Positions 42,816 through 48,721 of a stretch of DNA of 48,721 nucleotides are shown here, in pieces. The notes beneath the pieces are model-generated. The model had not been told where the DNA came from and did not search any database. It worked only from the letters and a program-made list of their open reading frames with translations. Numbering within the stretch: position 1 is the stretch's first letter; each line of letters opens with the position of its first letter. Both the position numbers and the translations under genes were made by a program. This DNA comes from an uncultured Polynucleobacter sp. (lineage in GTDB: Bacteria > Pseudomonadota > Gammaproteobacteria > Burkholderiales > Burkholderiaceae), in the NCBI GenBank assembly GCA_964343765.1, contig CAYFKO010000001.1:1-48721 (forward strand). The letters run 5' to 3'.

Positions 42816-45712
42816 ACCGTCCACATTCCTTTTCGACAAATTCCACGAGCCTCACAATACTGACAAACCTCCTCAGGCGCTTGTGCTTTTAAATTAGAGC
42901 CCTCCCACACCAGCGACAAGTCCTCTTTCATCTGCTCCTCAAGATTTGATAAAAGGTCTTCAAAGGCATCAACTGAGTATTCGCGTTCTTTTGGTTTTTT
43001 TTCATCAACTTTGAGCGCAACCCATGCAGCTGCATCAATAGCTTTTCCTTCAACTACATTCGTCTTAGTTGTAGCCTTGGCATAAATTAATAATTGAGGA
43101 TCGTCATCGATATGTTTTGCGCGACTTTTAATTTTCGTTCCACTTTGATACTTGTAATCCATAACCATCGCTCGATCATTAGCGATATCAAAACGATCTG
43201 CCACTCCCTCAATACGTAAAACATGCCCCCCAGACAATTCCAAATCAAAACCCACAAGTTTCTCCGCATCCTGAAATTGCCATCCAGATAATTCACGATC
43301 AATTTGCCAATCAACAAACCCTTCAATTTGCGCGCTCCAATCGTTTGCATAACTCAAATACTTTGCGTGCCGCTCAATCAAGGCAGCAAAAGATTTAGCG
43401 GACAGCTCGGTTAGACGCTTAATCATCCAAAAACGACGAGTCTCACCATCCTCAGGAACAACTGGATCAATTCGCTGATCACGACTCTTCAAGTCATGAT
43501 AAAAAACCTTTAAAACAGCATGCAATAACTTGCCGATTAAATTAGCATCTCCATCCTGCACGTTTATTGTTTGTCGCAATCCTAAAATTCGAGTGACATA
43601 AAAACGGTACGGACACTCCCTTAAGGTCTTATAGGCACTTGGACTAATTTTTGCAGGTAAGTATTGTTTATCCTCACGCCAAGCTGTAAAAGCTTGCCCC
43701 ATTGAAATTGCAGCCACCTCTGCTGAAGGGAACGATACGTCATTACACATCAATCCCTTTACATCACTTGATAAGCGAACTAACCATGCAGCCGGCTTAT
43801 TCTCCGCATCACTTTGCCCAATTTGCTGCCAGATAAAATCCACATGCTCATGCGTGGTTAATAATTGAGATAGATCCCTTGATTGCTGAATATATTCTTC
43901 CTGCAAGGTTCGCATACCTAAATGAATCAATAATTGATTTGAGAAAAACAATCCTGAATCACTAAAACTAGGTAAATGAGCATCATCACAACCCACCATT
44001 AATACCGCATCAAACTCACGCATTCGAATTGCGCTTAATGTCAGCATATGAACATTAGCCTCTCCGGTTGGAGCATCTTCTACATAAGTTGAATTCTCAA
44101 GACACAAGTCAACCAATGAAATCCAAGCGCCCAATTTAAAGCGCTCATTCGCCAAAGACTCAATAGCTGTTAACGCATGAAGCAATTGCTGACCGGCTAA
44201 ATCTTTATTTAAGCGATCAATCATCGACAAAACTACTAGATCATCCTGGAGCAATCGAAACCAGTCACAACCACTGCGCTCTGCGCCATTCCAAGCATCG
44301 GCACGCGACCTCAAAAACTGAATAAATGCATACGCATCGCTTAATGAAGCACGTAAGTCTTCTGCTTCATCATCTTCGTATGTGCTATCAATAAAAAATA
44401 CGCGAGAAATATCTTGCCAACCACCACTCACCTGCTTTCGATGAAGTCGCTGTTCGATATTCCATATAAATGCGGAAACATCAAACCCATTTCCTTCTGC
44501 GTGCGTTGATCCTAAGCCTCCAATCCCCAACCAATCAATCATTGGATTTTTCAAAAAACCAAGCAACTGATGTACGGTCGGACCAAATGGCGATCGAACA
44601 ATATCTAACCAACTATGAATTGCCGCAGCAGCTCCTGTTGTCGATAATTTCCAGCCAGTACCATCATGAACTGAAATGTCAGCGCCAAAGCGTGCTAATA
44701 ATGCCCGCACTCTTCTTGCCACCAGACGATCCTGAGCTATCAATCCAATATTATTTCGGCCAGCTTCTATATGCTCTCTAATCTTTAACGCAGTCAACCA
44801 AGCAACATCTTCAAAGTTTTTAACTCCCAAAACTCGCCAACTCTCTTTAGCCGCTTTGTCCCGATTCTTTTGAACCTGCTCTTTATTGGATTTTGATTGA
44901 ACAGCACGCTCAATAACTTGATCATTTCCAACTTGATCCAATGAAACTAAGGCCTCAGGCCAGAGCGCTACCTCACTCCAATCAAGTTCAATTTTTAAAA
45001 TCGGATAATTCTTTTCGTAGCTTGAAAAAAAGTTTTGCAATACTAAGCTTTCGGCTCTTGTAGCCTGAGCCGTCTCAATCCAAACTAGTGGCTGCGTGGC
45101 ATTTTTTGCTCGCAATGATAGCGAAATCTGTTTTCTAGGAATAGGATCGGCAATACTTGAAAGGTACTTCCAAAACGCCATTACAAGCCGACCATCCTCG
45201 GTAACAATACTGCGCACCAACTCCGGATAGACATCCGCCAAAGCCTCTTCGAATAACTCAACAAAACGCTCGCTAGACGATTCATTAAAAAAGTCAGGGG
45301 CTAAACTTGACTCTGATAATTTGTCACAAGCCGCGACCACAGCCTTTGCTAACGCCCACCTTCCACCTTCACTAATAGCTCCTAAACGCTCGCGGATGCC
45401 CTTCCAATTTTCCAATGCTTCATAAATGGTGGCCCAACGTTCAATATCACTTTTAGGTGGCTCTAAATCCAAAAGTTCCGGAGTCTCTAGCAACCATTGG
45501 TTAAAACCTTGGATTTTTGGCAAAAATGCAAGCTGAGTCGGGAGATTTTCCGGTCGATTTCGTTCTAGGGCTTGCCTAAGACCAATTGCTGGACCCGAGG
45601 TGCTTGTCACAATAACCGGACATTTATTCTCTTTAATCGCAAATTCCCAAACGAGCTTTGCAATCTCGTCTATAGCACTACTAGTTGGGGAAATGGGATG
45701 AACTACGGGCAT
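42812..45712 (-). CDS. addB: AddB-type PD-(D/E)XK nuclease subunit with Fe-S staple
   Basis: DRL.ARRVRALL; SPS....L.ECPY (first Cys); G.ADR.D..DYK nuclease motif; C-terminal CQYCEARGIC (three Cys); translationally coupled to addA. Confidence 0.87.
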   Translation of the reverse strand: MPVVHPISPTSSAIDEIAKLVWEFAIKENKCPVIVTSTSGPAIGLRQALERNRPENLPTQLAFLPKIQGFNQWLLETPELLDLEPPKSDIERWATIYEALENWKGIRERLGAISEGGRWALAKAVVAACDKLSESSLAPDFFNESSSERFVELFEEALADVYPELVRSIVTEDGRLVMAFWKYLSSIADPIPRKQISLSLRAKNATQPLVWIETAQATRAESLVLQNFFSSYEKNYPILKIELDWSEVALWPEALVSLDQVGNDQVIERAVQSKSNKEQVQKNRDKAAKESWRVLGVKNFEDVAWLTALKIREHIEAGRNNIGLIAQDRLVARRVRALLARFGADISVHDGTGWKLSTTGAAAAIHSWLDIVRSPFGPTVHQLLGFLKNPMIDWLGIGGLGSTHAEGNGFDVSAFIWNIEQRLHRKQVSGGWQDISRVFFIDSTYEDDEAEDLRASLSDAYAFIQFLRSRADAWNGAERSGCDWFRLLQDDLVVLSMIDRLNKDLAGQQLLHALTAIESLANERFKLGAWISLVDLCLENSTYVEDAPTGEANVHMLTLSAIRMREFDAVLMVGCDDAHLPSFSDSGLFFSNQLLIHLGMRTLQEEYIQQSRDLSQLLTTHEHVDFIWQQIGQSDAENKPAAWLVRLSSDVKGLMCNDVSFPSAEVAAISMGQAFTAWREDKQYLPAKISPSAYKTLRECPYRFYVTRILGLRQTINVQDGDANLIGKLLHAVLKVFYHDLKSRDQRIDPVVPEDGETRRFWMIKRLTELSAKSFAALIERHAKYLSYANDWSAQIEGFVDWQIDRELSGWQFQDAEKLVGFDLELSGGHVLRIEGVADRFDIANDRAMVMDYKYQSGTKIKSRAKHIDDDPQLLIYAKATTKTNVVEGKAIDAAAWVALKVDEKKPKEREYSVDAFEDLLSNLEEQMKEDLSLVWEGSNLKAQAPEEVCQYCEARGICRKGMWTV

Positions 45713-45858
45713 TAAAAATTAGGAACTAAAGCAGAATGATCAAGTTGTTGCTAATATAGTGGAAATTATTGAAATATTGAGTTGGTGATAAGCTTAACTT
45801 GATATCAAATATAAAACCAATTTATTAAGCTACTTACTAATATATACAAGGAATAATA

Positions 45859-46185
45859 ATGAGCGAGAACATCAAACACGTTACCGATAGTTCATTCGAT
45901 CAGGACGTTGTGAAATCCGGAAAACCAGTACTTCTCGACTTCTGGGCTGAATGGTGTGGACCTTGCAAAATGATTGCGCCGATTCTTGAAGAAGTTGCCA
46001 AGGATTACGGCGATAAAGTCCAAATCGCCAAAATCAACGTTGATGAAAACCAAGAAATTCCAGCTAAATTTGGTATCCGCGGCATTCCAACGCTCATTTT
46101 GTTCAAAAATGGTGAAATCGCAGCTCAAAAAGTTGGCGCACTTGCTAAATCTCAGTTAACTGCATTTTTAGACTCAAACCTTTAA
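45859..46185 (+). CDS. trxA: Thioredoxin
   Basis: [15 protein letters not shown] and RGIPTL motifs; upstream of rho; AAGGA SD. Confidence 0.98.
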   Translation: MSENIKHVTDSSFDQDVVKSGKPVLLDFWAEWCGPCKMIAPILEEVAKDYGDKVQIAKINVDENQEIPAKFGIRGIPTLILFKNGEIAAQKVGALAKSQLTAFLDSNL

Positions 46186-46192
46186 TAGATCT

Positions 46193-46224
46193 ATCCCCGA
46201 TAGTTAACTATCGGGGATTTTTTT
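46193..46224 (+). terminator. Intrinsic terminator after trxA
   Basis: Perfect 26-bp palindrome ATCCCCGATAGTT|AACTATCGGGGAT (46193-46218) followed by a T-run. Confidence 0.85.
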
Positions 46225-46250
46225 GACTCTTTACAAAGTAGTGCTAAACT
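46223..46250 (+). promoter_or_regulatory. Putative sigma70 promoter of rho
   Basis: TTGACT (46223-46228), 16-nt spacer ending in TGC, then TAAACT (46245-46250; extended -10). Confidence 0.6.
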
Positions 46251-46363
46251 ACGCCAACAACATATTTCTTGTTGTTTCAATTTAAGCGACACCGGCAGTT
46301 CTTCGTCGCAAACATATTTCCTAATATTTCTTTCATTTTCACTCCCCTTATTCGTTTTTAACT

Positions 46364-47626
46364 ATGCAACTTACTGAACTTAAGACGCTCCACGTTTCAG
46401 CTCTATTAGAGATGGCCGCATCTCTTGAAATTGAAAATACTCAACGTATGCGCAAACAGGAACTCATGTTTGCGATCCTAAAAAAACGTGCTAAATCAGG
46501 TGAATCCGTATTCGGCGATGGCGTTTTAGAAGTCCTACCCGATGGCTTTGGCTTCTTGCGCTCACCAGAATCTTCTTATTTAGCCTCTCCTGACGACATT
46601 TACATTTCCCCAGCCCAAATTCGTCGCTTTAATCTTCATACTGGCGATGCAATTGAAGGTGAAGTTAGAACTCCTAAAGATGGTGAACGCTATTTCGCAC
46701 TAGTCAAAGTCGACAAGATCAACGGTATAGCGCCAGAAGCGCTTAAAAACCGCATCATGTTTGAGAACTTAACGCCCTTGCATCCGGATCGCCCAATGCA
46801 TTTGGAGCGTGACATTAAGGCTGAAGAAAATTTAACCGGCCGAATCATCGATATGATTTCACCAATCGGTTTTGGTCAACGCGGGTTAATCGTCGCCTCC
46901 CCTAAATCCGGTAAAACCGTGATGATGCAGCATATAGCTCACGCGATTTCGACCAATCACCCTGATGCTGTATTGATTGTTTTGCTCGTTGATGAGCGCC
47001 CTGAAGAGGTAACTGAAATGCAACGATCCGTTCGCGGCGAAGTCGTGGCATCTACCTTTGATGAGCCTGCTGTCCGTCACGTTCAAGTTGCTGAAATGGT
47101 GATTGAAAAGGCAAAGCGCCTTGTCGAAATGAAAAAAGACGTCATCATCTTGCTTGATTCCATTACCCGATTAGCTCGTGCCTACAACACAGTGGTTCCA
47201 TCCTCTGGTAAGGTTCTTTCAGGTGGTGTGGATGCTAACGCTTTGCAACGTCCAAAACGCTTCTTCGGCGCTGCTCGTAACATCGAAGAAGGTGGTTCAT
47301 TAACCATTTTGGCAACCGCCCTGATTGAAACAGGTAGCCGTATGGATGACCTCATTTATGAGGAATTTAAAGGCACAGGTAACATGGAAGTTCACTTGGA
47401 ACGTCGTCTTGCCGAGCGTCGCGTCTACCCTGCTATCAACCTCAATAAATCAGGTACCCGCCGTGAAGAATTGCTCATTAAGCCGGATTCTCTCCAGAAA
47501 ATCTGGGTTTTACGCAAACTTTTATCCGATATGGACGATATCGAGGCTATGAATTTCATCGTGGATAAGCTAAAAAGCACCAAAAACAACGGCGAATTCT
47601 TTGATTTAATGCGTCGCGGTGGCTAA
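46364..47626 (+). CDS. rho: Transcription termination factor Rho
   Basis: [46 protein letters not shown] and FKGTGNME motifs. Confidence 0.98.
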   Translation: MQLTELKTLHVSALLEMAASLEIENTQRMRKQELMFAILKKRAKSGESVFGDGVLEVLPDGFGFLRSPESSYLASPDDIYISPAQIRRFNLHTGDAIEGEVRTPKDGERYFALVKVDKINGIAPEALKNRIMFENLTPLHPDRPMHLERDIKAEENLTGRIIDMISPIGFGQRGLIVASPKSGKTVMMQHIAHAISTNHPDAVLIVLLVDERPEEVTEMQRSVRGEVVASTFDEPAVRHVQVAEMVIEKAKRLVEMKKDVIILLDSITRLARAYNTVVPSSGKVLSGGVDANALQRPKRFFGAARNIEEGGSLTILATALIETGSRMDDLIYEEFKGTGNMEVHLERRLAERRVYPAINLNKSGTRREELLIKPDSLQKIWVLRKLLSDMDDIEAMNFIVDKLKSTKNNGEFFDLMRRGG

Positions 47627-47740
47627 AGTAGCTAGGCAACTACATGATTTTTATGGCATAATCACATTTTTCGTCGGCAAGTACCATTTTCTGAGTTTGA
47701 ATGAAATTGGCGGCTACCTAAATTTTTAAGGACTTACTAA

Positions 47741-48013
47741 ATGAAACCAGGCATTCACCCAGATTACAGAGAAGTTGTTTTCTTAGACGTTTCTAACAAC
47801 TTCAGCTTTAAAACACGCTCAACAATCACCACTAAAGAAACAGTGAAGTGGGAAGATGGTCAAGAGTACCCTTTAGCAAAAATCGAAACATCATCTGAGT
47901 CACACCCGTTCTATACAGGTACACAAAAGATTATGGATACTGCAGGTCGCGTCGAAAAATTCCGTCAAAAATTCGGTTCACGTGCGACTGGCAAAGCTGC
48001 TTCGAAAGCCTAA
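47741..48013 (+). CDS. rpmE2: 50S ribosomal protein L31, type B (zinc-free)
   Basis: [28 protein letters not shown] and GRVEKF motifs; 90 aa with no cysteines. Confidence 0.95.
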   Translation: MKPGIHPDYREVVFLDVSNNFSFKTRSTITTKETVKWEDGQEYPLAKIETSSESHPFYTGTQKIMDTAGRVEKFRQKFGSRATGKAASKA

Positions 48014-48030
48014 GCTTCTTAAGCCATATC

Positions 48031-48058
48031 AAAGGCAGCCGCTTGGGCTGCCTTTTTT
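48031..48058 (+). terminator. Intrinsic terminator after L31
   Basis: AAAGGCAGCC-GCTTG-GGCTGCCTTT followed by T's. Confidence 0.85.
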
Positions 48059-48069
48059 ATTGAAACCGC

Positions 48070-48721
48070 GTGAATACTCAACTCAAACTTACAGCTGCTT
48101 CGACCTCTAGTCTTCCAAGACTAGTGATGATCTTGCTAACTCTCATTTATGCACTGTCCGGCCTCTTTGGTCGCGACCCATGGAAAAATGATGATGCGGA
48201 AGGCTTTGGCGTCATGTGGACCTTAGCTCACGGCAATTTTCATGACTGGGTTTTGCCACATTTAGCAGGTCGAGCTGATATTGCTGGACCACCATTACCC
48301 TATTGGCTAGGGGCTTTGGCGATTCGACTCTTTGATGGCTTACTAAGCGCTCCAAACGCAGCTCGCGTCATTACTGCCATTTGTTTTATTGGTACCGCTG
48401 CAGCCATTTGGTATGCCACCTACCTCTTGGGTAGAAGACCTGAAGTTCAACCTATGGAATTTGCATTAGGCGGACAACCCAACTCAAAAGAATACGGGCG
48501 CACACTAGCAGATGGTGCCCTTCTCGTTTTCTTGTCCTGTGTTGGCCTTGCTCAACGTGCTCACGAAACCTCCCCCATGCTCCTTGAGCTTCTAGGAATG
48601 AGTATGTTGCTCTACGGCGCTATCCGAGGACTTGATAAACGCTGGCAAGGTGGCTTATTAGCTGGACTGGGTTTAGCCATCATTAGCTTATCGGGAATGC
48701 TTTGGGCAACAGTTTTTTTAG
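48070..48721 (+). CDS. ArnT/PMT (GT39/GT83-like) membrane glycosyltransferase; runs off the right window edge
   Basis: Manual translation from GTG 48070 gives MNTQLKLTAASTSSLPRLVMILLTLIYALSGLFGRDPWKNDDAEGFGVMW...GPPLPYWLGA...AHETSP, with multiple TM segments. Confidence 0.8.
   Translation, partial: MNTQLKLTAASTSSLPRLVMILLTLIYALSGLFGRDPWKNDDAEGFGVMWTLAHGNFHDWVLPHLAGRADIAGPPLPYWLGALAIRLFDGLLSAPNAARVITAICFIGTAAAIWYATYLLGRRPEVQPMEFALGGQPNSKEYGRTLADGALLVFLSCVGLAQRAHETSPMLLELLGMSMLLYGAIRGLDKRWQGGLLAGLGLAIISLSGMLWATVFL

Noticed and set aside
47627..47740. Zur box controlling the zinc-free L31
   Set aside because: No TGTTA-N-TAACA-type palindrome is visible, and no type B L36 gene follows; this is probably the housekeeping L31.

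Overview
This window looks like core chromosome of a streamlined Burkholderiaceae bacterium. Gene order, protein sequences and visibly AT-rich composition suggest Polynucleobacter or a close relative; this is inference, not a database result. It holds about 37 mostly housekeeping CDSs: hrpA (partial), argA, yggX, rpiA, tal, rlmB, rnr, an Ldh_2-family dehydrogenase, the ndk-rlmN-ispG-hisS-yfgM-bamB-der-hfq-hflXKC-hisZ-purA run, yccA, surE-pcm-nlpD-exonuclease-rlmD, dnaX-ybaB-recR, addBA, trxA, rho, type B L31 and a partial ArnT-like glycosyltransferase. It also has tRNA-Leu(CAG) and SRP RNA (ffs). I saw no integrase, IS, prophage or CRISPR array. The only clearly accessory block is a four-gene cassette between recR and surE: an MnoP/OprB-like porin, a TolC-family factor, an adaptor and a CzcA/ZneA-type RND pump, with no regulator gene. 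Directly upstream of it is an 11-bp-period direct-repeat box with Pho-box geometry that overlaps the recR stop codon. This is the best candidate for an undescribed system. Other observations are gene or domain absences (rpoS, rodZ/pilF, DUF2065, the RNase R HTH, the NlpD LysM), four apparent leaderless starts (argA, tal, surE, dnaX) and candidate autoregulatory leaders (hfq, rho, L31).
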